Below are positions 1-12,505 of a stretch of DNA of 64,000 bases, piece after piece. Source of the stretch: Camelus ferus (taxonomy: Eukaryota); assembly GCF_009834535.1 (NCBI RefSeq), contig NC_045696.1:56670001-56734000 (forward strand), given 5' to 3'. A model generated the notes under the pieces. The model was not told the DNA's origin. It did not search any database and worked only from the letters and a program-made list of their open reading frames with translations. Within the stretch, counting starts at the first letter, position 1; every line of letters starts with the position of its first letter. The position numbers and the translations under genes are program-made.

Positions 1-1156
1 AAAGTGGATGAGAGTCCAGGTTTGTGTAAAAGAGGTGGGTTAGAATGAGCTCATTAAGGAAGCGCTGGAGTTTGGGAATAAAGTATTTAGTAGTTGCCTT
101 AGTTTGGGGCTATTTGGGAGAAGAGCCTAGGATGCACCATAGGGGAGTGGAGAGGTGAGAAGGAAGAAGCTACTACTGGATGCATCATCAGAAGTTGCCA
201 CCATGGGCAGTGGAGCTTACTCCCTCTGGAAGTTGCAGGGAACCTGGGCCAAACATGAGCCTCAGAGGTTTGGGGCAAAAGAGCTGGTGTATTTATCCAC
301 TAATTTCCATTTGTCATTGGCTGAGGGCTATGTCCAGGGCCATTCAATCTTCAGCAGTTTTGTTCTGATCTGGGCCTCAGGCATTGTTGCCAGTGTGATG
401 CTGGCATTTGGAAGCGGCTGGTCAACTCTGGATGGTGACTGCTGATGTGATGTAGGTGAGCCACTGGCAACTTCTGCTATAGTGGTCAATTTTAAAATTT
501 ATTTAAAGGTATTAACTACTTTACTAGTTAACTGTGTTTAATTTTCAATAAAGACTTCTTTATGTTAGGGAGCATTGGGAAGGCACACCAGCCTCTGTCA
601 CCCTCAAAGATAACTTCACTTTATTGCTTGGGACCATGAAATGCCACTGCCAGAAACCCAGCAGCTGTCCCAGGCTTGCCCTCAACTCTGGTTTCCTGCA
701 CCCCTTACATCCAGTCCACTAACAAATTCTTTCAGGTCTACTCCAAAGCTTTCAGGGATTTGTCCACTCTGTCCCTGCTATCACCTCATTAGTCCAGGAC
801 TATTGCAATGGCCTGCTGCTGGGTTCCTCATATCCACTCCTCTTTCAGTTCCTTAAACCCTCAAGCCTTTTTCTTAGAATGTTCCTTTTCCCTACCCCAC
901 CCCGGCTTCCAATGACTGGCTCCTTCCTGTGCTTTAGGTCTGGCTAAATGTCACTTGGAAGGTCATTGAAGACCTTCCTCTCTAAAGAACAATCTCTCCA
1001 TCCCACCTGTCATTCCAATCTCAGTTCCTATTTGTTTTTTGCATATTTTACAATTTGTAATAATTTTGTTTGTGTATTTTATCTGTCTCCCTGTTTAGAA
1101 TGTAAGTTCTGTAAGAACAAGGACCATGTCTATCTCCTTGACCACCATATGCCCAT

Positions 1157-1340
1157 AGGAGTGCCAGATTTAGCAAATAAGAATACAGGCTTTTCAGTTA
1201 AATTTGAATTTCAGATAAACCACAAGTAATTTTTTAGTATAAGTATGTCCAAATATTGCACAGAACGTACTAAAAATTATTCATGATTTATCTGAAATTC
1301 ACATGTAACTGGGCATCTTGTATTTTAAATGGCAACCTTA
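1157..1340. mobile_element. MER53-like hAT MITE
   Basis: gtgccagatttagcaaataa...gttaaatttgaatttcagataaac...tggcaacct with imperfect TIRs; family from memory. Confidence 0.7.
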
Positions 1341-1637
1341 GTGCCTAGACCTTAATATAGCTGACTCTTATTACAGATTATTAGATAAAAATTTGTTAGC
1401 AGCATATCAAAATTGCTGCCATGGCAACAAATGGGGGAAATGTGCTAAAACTACAGAACTAAAGTAGTGACAGATACCACTTCCTATTCCTTTCTGTGCT
1501 GATTTGCCTGTCCTCTCACTGCAGGAGAACCTAACCACCTGGTCTAGGCTCACGGATGCCCTTTCCTGGCCACCCCCCATCAGCCTTGTCAAGACCTGAT
1601 TATAACCAATTGCCACTTTCACAACAACCAGCAAGTA

Positions 1638-1699
1638 TTTATTGAGTTATTAAGCTGGTAGAAACTTCCAAATACATTTCTATAAATGTTTGATTTATT
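1638..1699 (-). terminator. Candidate HGD polyadenylation signals (AATAAA at 1694-1699 and 1638-1643)
   Basis: Two minus-strand AATAAA hexamers about 130 and 185 nt past the stop codon. Confidence 0.6.
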
Positions 1700-1825
1700 T
1701 GACTTTGAAAAAGTGAGTCCTCATTTTAACCAACCCCCTCCCCCAGTACTGCCTCAGGGTGTGCGTGAGATTTTTAAAGGAAATCACACAAATCTATTCT
1801 CAATAATGGTATCAGTGCTCCAGTC

Positions 1826-1975
1826 TCAGTCAGGTCCTGCAGGGTTCCTGGAGTCTGGGGTGAAGTGGCTCTTGAGAGGTTCCCAGCACTTGTAGTAGTT
1901 CTCATCCAAACAGTTAGAGGTCTTCAGCCCCCACTTGGTGACAGCCATACTTAGAGAAGACTCAAACATAAATGC
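1826..1975 (-). CDS. HGD: HGD exon 14 coding part ([49 protein letters not shown])
   Basis: 150 nt, ctatag| acceptor, TGA at 1826-1828. Confidence 0.97.
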   Translation of the reverse strand, partial: AFMFESSLSMAVTKWGLKTSNCLDENYYKCWEPLKSHFTPDSRNPAGPD

Positions 1976-4537
1976 CTATAGGAAATGAGGATGGGACAAG
2001 AAAGAAGTGAGATGGATAATAAAACACATTTGATTAGATGTCAAGAGAGAAGACATGGGTAGGTAGAATCTTTGAATAATAAATCATGTGTGCTAGCATG
2101 GTGAGAAAACTCCAGCCTTGGGTTCTGGCTTTGGTCTTACTACTTGTGGGTGATAGCTTGTGCAAGACCCTTAACTTCTCTGAGCCCCACGATTCATTCT
2201 ATAAAATAGAATCTGGCATGTAAGCATTGTGTTGTCCCTGTAGCATCATGGAACTAAATTTGCTGGATCCAAGGGCAGAGGTGGGAGAGTCCTAGGAATA
2301 TTCTTTTCAGGGGCTATCGCTGTGGTTATGTCCTTGTGAGGATGAACACATCTCCCATTTTGCAGAAGAGGAAACTCAAGTTCAGAGCTGGGAAATGACT
2401 GTTTAAGGTGACAATAGTGAGAAGTCACAGAGCTGGGATTTGAACTTTCCTTTTTCAGGACTCTAACCAAGAGATGGGCTGGGAGAAGAGAAAGGAGGGC
2501 TGGAGGAGAGTGAAGGAGGAGGAGGAGGGAAGGAGGGAGCTGGAAAAGCTGTAGCACTTTTAAAAGCCCTATCCCAGAAGGGTATGAATGGCAGGTGTCC
2601 CACTGTGTTCAGGTGGGTTTTGTCTGCAACAGAGAGAACATGCAAGGGCTCTGTGCATCCTAGACACTCTAGCTTCACCTGCTAATTTTCCTACCCTCTG
2701 TGGCTTAAAAAAAAATAGCCTACAATTCTTATATGCTCACATTGTTGGAAATTTTAAAAAACAGATGGATGAAAGGAAGATAAAAATTCTCTTGACAACC
2801 CAGAGAACCCACATTAATGTTTGGTATCTAATATACATTAACTTCTTTTTACCTAAAACAATGGAGATGATTGTCCCTGCCTGACTTCCCATGACAGGCT
2901 TGATGTGAGGACCAGATGAGATCATATGGAGGTGCTGTGCACGTTATAAAGCACTATTCACATACAAAGGTCATTATTATGGCCATAATTATTGTTGTCT
3001 CTTCACTGACTGCTTCTTAGGAGCCTTGCTGTCTGACTGGAGTAACAAAAGCCCATCCCAGCTGAGCTATGAAGACAGTATTATAAAGTTAATCTTTTCC
3101 AAAGTAGTATAAAGATAAGGGGTATGGATGAGTCCAGATCCAAATTATGTGATGGGAATTGGTGAGGAAGGCCTGAAGTTAGGCCTGGGTAAGGTGTTGG
3201 ACCATCCCTTACCAGGTAGTCTGGGCTCCCCTACATAGGAGAGATCCTTCTCACTAGTGCTCCAAGCCCTAGACATTTCCCAAAGTCTTGCCCCTCATAA
3301 AATCAGCCGTGCCCTGTGCCTCCCTGTTGCAGAGCACTGCTCCCTGATAACACTATCCAAAGCCAATTTGGGCACCAAAGGTTACTAAGTGGTAGCTAAG
3401 GGGTAGCCTGTGTACCTCCAGGAACTTTCAGAGGTAAAAGTTTAAGATTGTCAGTATCTTATAGAGCTCTGTCACAGAGATGAAGGGTTCTACAGAAACT
3501 CTGCAGAGGTCCTTGCAAAGAGATAGAGCCGAGGTCCAGCAGACAGGACTCGCTGAACCCTCCCCCTGCAGATCAGCTCTGTCAACTCTGGTCCTCGAGC
3601 TGAAACTGAAAGGAAACTGCATTGGGCAGAGGGACAATTAAGCTCTCTCCTTCCGTAGTTTGCAAGCTGGGCATGGAGTCAGGCAGGTCTGTGCTATTGA
3701 TTTTAAAGTCAGGTAGCATTGAAAGCATTTGTTTAAAAATGTAAAGCAAATTTGCATATGATTTAACATAAAATTACTCTTTGTGGTTCATAAACTCTAC
3801 GTCCAAGAATGCAAAAATAAAATGAAGTCAAGTACCACAGCCAACTGCAATTGTGTTCAGCCTCAGTGTTTACAGTGACACCGGAGGAATACAAAACAGG
3901 TTTTAAATCCCATCAATTTCATCCCATGCCAAAGGAGAGCAAAACAAAATGAGAAAACAGCGGAGAACTGCTACTCACAGGCTCTGACTATAGCAACGCA
4001 AAGACTTCCTGACCCTCCTGGGCTTGAGAAACTAGTAAAGGTGACATTCTTCATCCCCTGCTACTGTGGTTTTAGAGGATTACTTCAAAAAGCAGGAGAT
4101 GACTCCAAGACACAACCTATATACAGATGGCTGCATACAGATAAAGGAAGACTCCTCATATAGTATTAATAATAGTCCCCCTTACATTGGAAGAATGCTT
4201 GATAGTCTGCACGGTTAAATCACAGCCACCTGCTGGGTTGGATACCCTACCTATTCTACAGATGGAGAAAATCAAGCGCAGAGAAGTTAAGTGACTTGTT
4301 CAAGGTCACAGAGGAACTAAAAGCTAGAATTTGAACTCACGTCTGACTCTAAGTGCAAAGCCCTGTTTACTCTAGTGTACACATTGGGGTGTGTGCCTAC
4401 ACACATGGGAACATACACACAGACACATTCCTCTCCTGACTCCTCCTCTGTGACTTTGGAGAAATAAAAACTGCCACTCCTTTCAACAAGTTTGGGGATC
4501 CCAGAGGCCACCAGAGCCTCACATCTAACTTGCTTAC

Positions 4538-4719
4538 CATGGTGCCATCCGCAACCCTCTCAGGTGCCAGCTTGGCTCTGCTGGCCTTCTCAAAGCAGTC
4601 AGCATCAGGTCCATGGGGGGTCATTGGGCTGTGCAGGCTGCCTCCCCCTGGCAGGAACCCACCTTCCTTTGCTTCATAGTGACCTTTGATGAGTCCCATG
4701 AATTCACTCATGCAGTTCC
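4538..4719 (-). CDS. HGD: HGD exon 13 ([38 protein letters not shown]...ADGTM)
   Basis: 182 nt within ORF 4397..4768, AG/GT boundaries. Confidence 0.98.
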
Positions 4720-4957
4720 CTGGGAAGGTTGAAACAGTATTATTTTTGTTATCCAAGGCAAGGCTCATAAGACACCAAGACCTCTCAAATATTATTTCTC
4801 CAGAATGTCAGGAAGATAGGAGAATCTGATAAATGTTATACAATTAATGAAGAATATGGATAGACAGAAAAACATCCACAAAACATTCTTTAGTGTGGAA
4901 TTCTTGGTAGGCAAAGCTCTACTCCATGACCATTGGATTATCATTATCAGAGATCTT

Positions 4958-5235
4958 TTTTAAAATTGAAGTATAGTTACATTGTGTCAATTTCTGGTGT
5001 ACAGCATAATGTTTCAATCATACATACACACACATATATTTATTTTCATATTCTTTTTCATTACAAGTTACTACAAGATATGGAATATAGTTCCCTGTGC
5101 TATATAGTAGAAGTTTATTTTTTAGTCTATTTTATATATAGTAGTTAATATTTGCAAATCTCAAACTCGTAATTTATCCCTTCCTACCCCGATTCCCCCT
5201 GGCAACCATAAATTTGTTTTCTATGTCTGTGAGTC
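4958..5235 (-). mobile_element. 5'-truncated L1 3' end with TSD
   Basis: L1 3'UTR-like sequence similar to the copy at ~31950-32200; TSD tatcagagatctt (4945-4957) / tatcagaaatctt (5236-5248). Confidence 0.85.
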
Positions 5236-5900
5236 TATCAGAAATCTTAAGTTCTACTGCCTAGAAAACTGAGGTGTGTGTATGTATGTGTGTGTGTGTT
5301 GATGGAAAGGTGATTTAAGGGAAAGAACCCTGGGCTTGGTGTCCATTATCATGTAATAATCTGTATGAAAAAATCTTATTCTCTGTAAAAACTAATCCAT
5401 AAATGCTACATATTCTAACAAATGTTATTTTCTATATCTGAAGCTAATATCACCTGATTCTTTCATTCTCCAAAATGCTTCTTAGATTTTATTTTTGTTT
5501 GTTTGTATTTTCATTGACATTCTCTTCTTAGAACCTGAAAATCTTAAAATTGGAAGGCATCCCTACTTCTCCTCAATACGGAAGCATTTTGTATATCATT
5601 CCTGACAGTTTACCTCCTGGGCTCTGTCTGCATGCTTCCTGTGAACGGAAGCCCCTTACTCAACAGAGCCACCTATCATATTACTGAAGAGCTCTGGGTA
5701 TTAGAAAGTTCTCTCATGTTAAATGGAAATTTGCTTTTATATAAGTTAAGTATGTTTGTCCTAGTTGTGCTTTCTGGAGTCAACAAAATTTGACAAAAAT
5801 CACATGTTCCCACTCTTTCAATCTTAAGTTTCTATAGGAACAAAGCCCTTTATTTAGAGCAAGCATTAAATTATAACACCTGAGCAAACTTAAGTGCTTT

Positions 5901-5985
5901 TCCATCCATCTGCTCATATATCCATCCATCCATTCATCTGTCCGTTCCCCACCCTATCCATCTGCCTATCCATCCAGCCAGCCAG
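5901..5985 (+). repeat. Degenerate (TCCA)n microsatellite
   Basis: Repeated tccatccatc units. Confidence 0.75.
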
Positions 5986-6949
5986 CATATAATTGGACAC
6001 TGTGCTAAGTACTGTTATGGAGATGAGTATGAAGTAGCCTCTGCAAAGTTACTTATAGTCTGTCTCGTGAGAGTACAAACTGTGGACAGGGTAGAGAGAT
6101 GTGGCATTGGCAACCCTTGCAAAGCCAAACGTTAGACATGATAAATGCCCCTCCTCTCTTGCTTACAGGTAAAGTACAGCCAAGTGCCAAAATACTTGTG
6201 TAAAGGGCTAAGGAGCCATACCCACCCTGCCCAGAAAACAAAACGCAGCTGCAGGCCCCTGCTGAAAAGGTAAGACCCAGATCACAACTCTGCTTGTTTC
6301 TCCATGAAGCAGAAATAGAGGAAAAGAAGCAACTGTAAGCATAAAGTATCTTTATTTAAAAGCAGTTCTGCTCCTGACAAATATGCTGTCACACTCCTTG
6401 ATTCTAGTATGTATTCTCAGGGTCACCTTCATGGCTTAATTTTAAGAAGAGAGCAAGAGAGAATTCAGCTTTGATCTGAATATGAATTTAGGTAGCAATG
6501 AGTTGATGATGACATTTCTACATCATTTTCTATATTTCAAAGGAGAGTGGGAGGGTAGACGTTGCCTTTTTGATTAATGCTGAATCCAGCTGACTAAGGT
6601 GCATTAAGATGACTGGAGGCAATATTTCTACAGAAATAAGTCTCCACTCCTATAAAGTCACATCAAAGTAGCAAAGGTTTTGATTATTGCTAAAGCATTA
6701 TTTTTAATATCTCTGGTAAAAATAATTTCTAACTTGGGGTTCTGTGGTTTTTCCAACTAACTCAGGGCAACCATACTTTTCTTAGATCTACATCTTCTGG
6801 TCAAACTTATTTGAGTCTTTTGAAAAATTATAAGAAGCATATCATGAGGCCATTTGTTTTAGGCAGTTTGAACTACAAACTAAAATTGAGGAGTGGGTTG
6901 AGAGCTAGAGCACAGTAGCAAACCTGGGTGGGGAGACAAGCCCCAGGCC

Positions 6950-7310
6950 AGCGTTTTTCAACATGTGTTTGTAGACCTGCATCAGAATCCCTTGACTTGC
7001 TAGTTCAGAATGCAGATCTGAGGTTCCACCTCAACACCAACTAATTAAACTCTCTGAGAGTGGACTCTGGAGAGAAACTTTTTATTAAAAAAGGCATTCT
7101 AAGTGATTTTTATATTCCTTAATGCTCTCAAAGTGTGGGTCCTGAAATAGTTGCATCAGTATCACACGGGAAATTATTACAAATGCAAATTCTCAGGCCC
7201 TACCCTGGACCTCCCGAAGCAGAAATTCTGAGGGTGGGGCCCAGGAATCTGAGTTTTAACAAGCCCTCTAGGTGGCACTGACACACGCTAAAATTTGAAA
7301 ACCACTACCT
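6950..7310. mobile_element. Two adjacent MER5-like hAT-Charlie elements
   Basis: gcatcagaatc...atgcagat and ctctcaaagtgtgg...aaatgcaaattctcaggccc...tttgaaaaccact motifs. Confidence 0.7.
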
Positions 7311-8187
7311 CAGGCACATAGAGCACCCTCAATATAAGAACTATGTGAGATAGTGAAGTATCAAGGACTTGCATGTGAGGTACAGGCTGTAAGCCAGAGC
7401 AATTCTCTCGCTTTGATCACAAGTCCTCTAGGGGACTAACTTCCAGGAGAACAGTTAGGACATGTGATGGGTTTGACACACTTCAGAAAGGACACAGTTT
7501 ATTACATCTCTATTCACAAAGTATCTGATATCTTTGGAGTGTTACCCAATTGCGTCCTTTTCTCCACCATAATGGTTTCACCTGAAAAAAGTGATGCTGG
7601 AATTTGACTATGAAGTGACCTTTCATTCTGAGGGCCTTTGTTCTCCACTTGCTCCAGATGCCTAGTTTATTCATTTAGTCACTGTTGTATCCTGTTAGGC
7701 CCTCACACCTGGGTACACATAGCGAGGTGTGTCATAAGAGACAGGGGGTGCTGAGGTTGACTAAAGAAAGGGGTTTGTTTTTTAGAATGTTCCAGCTGAA
7801 ATACACCTTGGAGCCGTTCCAGAACTCTATGTACAAAAACGCAGTCTCCAGCAAGTAGAATTGTGCATTGACATTTAGGTTGGATTTACAGCCAGCTACT
7901 GCACAATTAAAAAGGCCAGCCTCATTAAGTACAGCCATGAGGTACCTTATTCACTCTTGATGATGCATTCACTTATTAAATGAATATTTATTAGATGCAT
8001 ATAATGCACTGGGTACTGTGCTAGGCACATCCATTAGTGTTCATAACTGTCTGCTCCGGCATCAGAATGCCTTCAGTTAAACCTGACTCCATCGGTTGCC
8101 TTGAGCAAGTTATTTAATCCTTCCCAGCTGTTTCATCTTTTGGAAAAAAGGGGATAATGATACTACCTATCTCTTGCAACTGTTACG

Positions 8188-8367
8188 AGGATTCAATGGG
8201 TTAATGCTTTTCAAGAACTTAGAGCCATAAGAAAAGGTCAATAATTGTTAGTTGTAAGTAATAATAATATTAATAAAATTAAAATAATAGATTTGGTAAG
8301 TTCTCAGCTAGGCAACAACTGCTCTGCAGAAACTGCTTCCAGAATAGGACCCATCCCCTCATGTGGA
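8188..8367 (+). repeat. 180-bp local direct repeat, copy A
   Basis: Identical to 9508-9687 except at 3 positions. Confidence 0.95.
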
Positions 8368-8823
8368 CTACAGTCCGCCTTACCCCACTTTTACCCAAAG
8401 TAATGGGAGGAGGCACATTTTACTGGCTCTTGAACCAGACTTAGATAATGAACTTTCTCAAAACAACAAAATAACCAACACCATCCCATGGTTCCTCCCC
8501 TCCTTACATCTGAAATGCAAAGAAACATTTTGCTTCCTACTTTACCCACTTTTCTGACTCTCTTCAGGGCCAGAGGAACTGGGCTGTAGGCACTGCAGTG
8601 TTTCCTTCTCAGAGTCAACATGCCCCTGCCACCCCCACTGAGGTTGTGGTGTTTAAGCAGCTCAAAGTCTGGGGAGCAGCACTAGGCTTCAGGGGGCAGG
8701 GTTCTGAACCACAGCCAGGGCAGGGCGTCCCGAAACACTTCTGGCAGTGTTCCCCATGGGTCATGCTTACCACTTTGCTGACCCTTTGGTTTCCAAATGG
8801 AACTTGGTAAAAGAAAGACTTAC

Positions 8824-8950
8824 TATGGTAATAAGGAGGCCTGAAGGTCTTATCAGCAACCCCCCATCGTGGTGGGAAGATGACAAAATCAGCGATGGCC
8901 ACTCCCGGGCGGACAGACTTGGCAGTCAGCACTGTGAAAATGGATGGGTC
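8824..8950 (-). CDS. HGD: HGD exon 12 ([42 protein letters not shown])
   Basis: 127 nt within ORF 8615..9025, AG/GT boundaries. Confidence 0.98.
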
Positions 8951-9507
8951 CTGTGAAGGAAAGCACAAGGAGAGTCGAAGACACGATGAAAGGGAGGTGA
9001 CCGAACAACGACACACACCACCCACACATGAAGGGGTTTTCGTGTGACACTAATTTCTGATCAAACCACACAGGCCAAGCTAAGACGTCTGGGCTTGTCA
9101 CCGAGGTGCATGATCACACATCTGACTCTCCCCTCTGGCTGTTCTTTGAAGCAAAATGAATTAACACCAGCCGAGGGGATTCTGAGCAGCTTTTTCACCC
9201 TGCTGAGCCCCCATTTCACATAAATACTACCCTGTGGGTCTGAGAACCAGCAGTGCCTGCCTCCCAGCCTCAGGTCAGAGTGACCAGAGCTGGGCTGTGC
9301 TGTAGGGAGCTCTTGGCACAGGGATGCTCAGAGTAAGGTGGAAATAGAAATAAAATAATATCCAAGTGTTGGTATAGATGTAGGATGTGCTTCTCTTTGG
9401 GGGAATTGCACAGATTCCAGGTGGTATCCTCATTGCTTTCTTGATTCTCAGGTTTAAAACACACCACTTACGTCACTAGTCCAGGTGGAGGTAGTGGAGA
9501 GGGGAGT

Positions 9508-9687
9508 AGGATTCAATGAGTTAATGCTTTTCAAGAACTTAGAGCCATAAGAAAAGGTCAATAATTGTTAGTTGTAAGTAATAATAATATTAATAAAATA
9601 AAAATAATAGATTTGGTAAATTCTCAGCTAGGCAACAACTGCTCTGCAGAAACTGCTTCCAGAATAGGACCCATCCCCTCATGTGGA
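9508..9687 (+). repeat. 180-bp local direct repeat, copy B
   Basis: Ungapped, offset exactly 1320 nt from copy A. Confidence 0.95.
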
Positions 9688-11381
9688 ATAATTATAATTT
9701 TTAAAGAAGTTTAGAATCCTTCAGTGGAAAGATGGAGATTTAATTTAAATGGCAATCAATGATCATGTTTGCTTTCAGATGCATGCGAGGGTCTGGGATT
9801 AAAAAATGATTGAGCTCTGTTCCTTGCCCTTTAGTGTTACTGGTAGTGGTGGAGGTGGGTGTGTATGAGGGGCTGAAGGAGCAATGAGACAGGTACATGA
9901 ATACTAATCACAGCAAGATGCCAAGGGCAATCTTGCTTTATAAACAGAGATCCAAGGGGGTACAGAGTGCCTGTCTCTACCTGAGAGGATTAGAGAAAGC
10001 TTCAAAGAGGAAATGACATTTGAAGTAGGTCCTGAAGAATAAAAAGAGAAAGAAAGAAAAAGAAGTAATGAGGGACAGAGGGAAGGAAGAAGGAAAAGGA
10101 AGGAAAGGAAATGAAGAAAAAGGCATTTTAAGCACAGAAAACAGGAAAGACATCAAAATGCAGAGAGGTTTTGTCAAGAGGCAAGAGAGCTAAAGCCCAG
10201 AGTGCACCAGCAGAAGGGACACAGGCAAGAGGTGGTACCGGGAAATGAATCCAGGGCCAGATGGCGAAGAGCATCGGGTACCACGCTTCAGAGCTCAGAC
10301 TTAATCCTAAACCACAGGGAGCCTGCAAAGGTTTTCTAATGCAGTGATAGAACGCTCAGGTCTGACTCTGGAGAAAACAGCTATAGCAGCAGTACAGAGG
10401 AGAATGGACTTGTGGAAACGCAAGTCAAAAAACCCTTAATGCTGTGAGAATGAGCACTTCTCCATCTGTCATGAGAAATGATCTGAAACTGTTGAGGGAA
10501 AGGTAGTGAGGCTCAAATAAAGCTCTATCAGTGTCTCAGGATCCTTTCTTTTGCTGCTTCGGGTGTGATGCCTCAGTTTCTTTTCCCTTTTGATTTTACT
10601 GAGTCTCTGCTCTTCAGAAAGGTAGTTTTGGGCCCCTTGAGGTAAGCTGAACTGGCTCAGGTTTCTGTCTCTGGTTCTCTGGCTTCTGCTCTAATTATCT
10701 CTCCAGCTTGTGGATTCAGTTAATCTATTATGCAAAGTGAATTTTCCCCCAGGATCTCAGAACTAGCACTTGATCAAGAATGTGGGGACTTGGGGCCTGC
10801 ACTGTAAGCTATTTGTAGCCCCCTGATTGAGTAAAAAATATGACCGAGTCCATACTCTAGAATTTCTTTGGTTTAAATTCAAGCACTGAACATTGAGTAA
10901 CTTTAGAAGAGGGCTGTCTGCTCCATCACTGCTAAAAACAGCTAGGAGTGGAGGCCCTGGAGTGGGCAGCCAGAGCAAGGGGACTCTTGGTGTTTATGAG
11001 CAGGACAGAGAACTTTCCAAATCCAAAAATGCTCCTTCCTCATCTCTCCATCACTAACATTAGCAGTTGGTGTTCTTTTGGGGATACATTGTCCAGGAAG
11101 AAACTAGGAGAGTTACTGTGAATACTCTAGAGAACTGAGCTGTGTTGCAGGGTGAGTGTGGAGCGTCTGGCCTGGACCTCCCACTAGCTAGGTTATTTAC
11201 TCCTTCACTGAAATCTGCTGAAAATGCCTCCAATTCCTGTTAGCACAATGACAATGACTAAATCGCCTGCTTCCAAGGGTGACACTGGAAGTGTTAAATC
11301 TGTGAATGTCAGGGGTCTACTGTGGACTCCTCCCACCTAAGAGTGCCCTCTCCCCAGAGCCCCTCCATGGTGGAGACTTAC

Positions 11382-11486
11382 TGCATGGTCAAAGGCCACC
11401 GAGTTGATGACCATGAAGTTCTCCAAGTTGTACTTGTAGGGGGTATAATTCCCATGCCAGGCCACAACATTGAATGGGGAGATACC
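11382..11486 (-). CDS. HGD: HGD exon 11 ([35 protein letters not shown])
   Basis: 105 nt, poly-T tract + cag| acceptor, |gtaagt donor. Confidence 0.97.
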
Positions 11487-12289
11487 CTGATCGGAAAAAA
11501 AAAAGCAGAAAAGGTGATTTTAGAACCGAATGCTTTTGCAGCCTTGATTCCTTGGTTTGCACTTGGCATTTCTGTTTGTTTTTTGATTTGATTTTGTTCT
11601 CATAATTTAGTAATACCATCCTCTGGGAGAAGTATAACCCTGAATCATCTTGTGGTTGCTTCACATACTCTCAAACTGTCCTCGCTAAGCCACTAACCCG
11701 ATTTTTCCAGTTCATAAGCTGCAGCTGCCTCTGATCACATGTGCAGCAGAAGCACAGCACATGCTTTTCAACAATTTTAACACAATTGTTAGAATCTGTG
11801 GATGCCAGCAGTTCTGTGACAATCTGGGCCACCGTCTGGGTTTCCTGGTGCTGAGGGCGGGCACTTGCTATGACTGCTCTCCAGGTAACTGCTGCCCAGA
11901 GGGTCTTCTGGTAGAGTCAGTGCCTAGGTTGGTAAGTGCAGGAAGGGAGAAAGTCTGTAAGGGTTCCAGCCCAAAGGACTTGAAATTTCAGAGCAATCCT
12001 AAGGTGATTCTTCTTGGACCTGCCCTGGGGTAGGAGAGGATCAATGTTCTGTTTTAGGAAGGCAATTCCTGCTGTAGCTATGGGACTATTCTGGAAACAG
12101 AATCCAGTGCAGAATGTTCCAAAGACTTTACCGAAGGGACTACTCACAGAGACATGATTAAGGTTAAGTGAACTGACTAGAGATGGTGAGATATCTGAGC
12201 CTAGCAATAGAGGGAAGGCATTGCCATTCTTAGGCCTGTGGGATAGGGGTTAGAAATATTAATACAGGACTCCAGCAAGAGCTAGAACC

Positions 12290-12505
12290 ATGAAGAAGGG
12301 GGCTGCTCGGTGCTGTGCAAATAAATACTCAACAATTGATTCCAGAAAAAAATGAAAAGCTCTGATTTATAGTGTTTGCTGGCTTCTGGGGTATAAACTC
12401 TCACCACGATCATTTTTGAGCTACCAATGTCACTGAACACAAAGTAGGGAAGAGGCTTACATCAGCTTTTGCAAACCAGTATAAACTGACTCCAGCATGC
12501 CACTG
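12290..12505. mobile_element. MER63-like hAT element
   Basis: Ends ...aaaccagtataaactgactccagcatgccactgg; family from memory. Confidence 0.5.

Noticed and set aside
155..445. Short ORFs at the window start as a possible neighbouring gene or pseudogene
   Set aside because: No recognisable protein similarity or splice pattern; probably decayed repeat or intergenic DNA.
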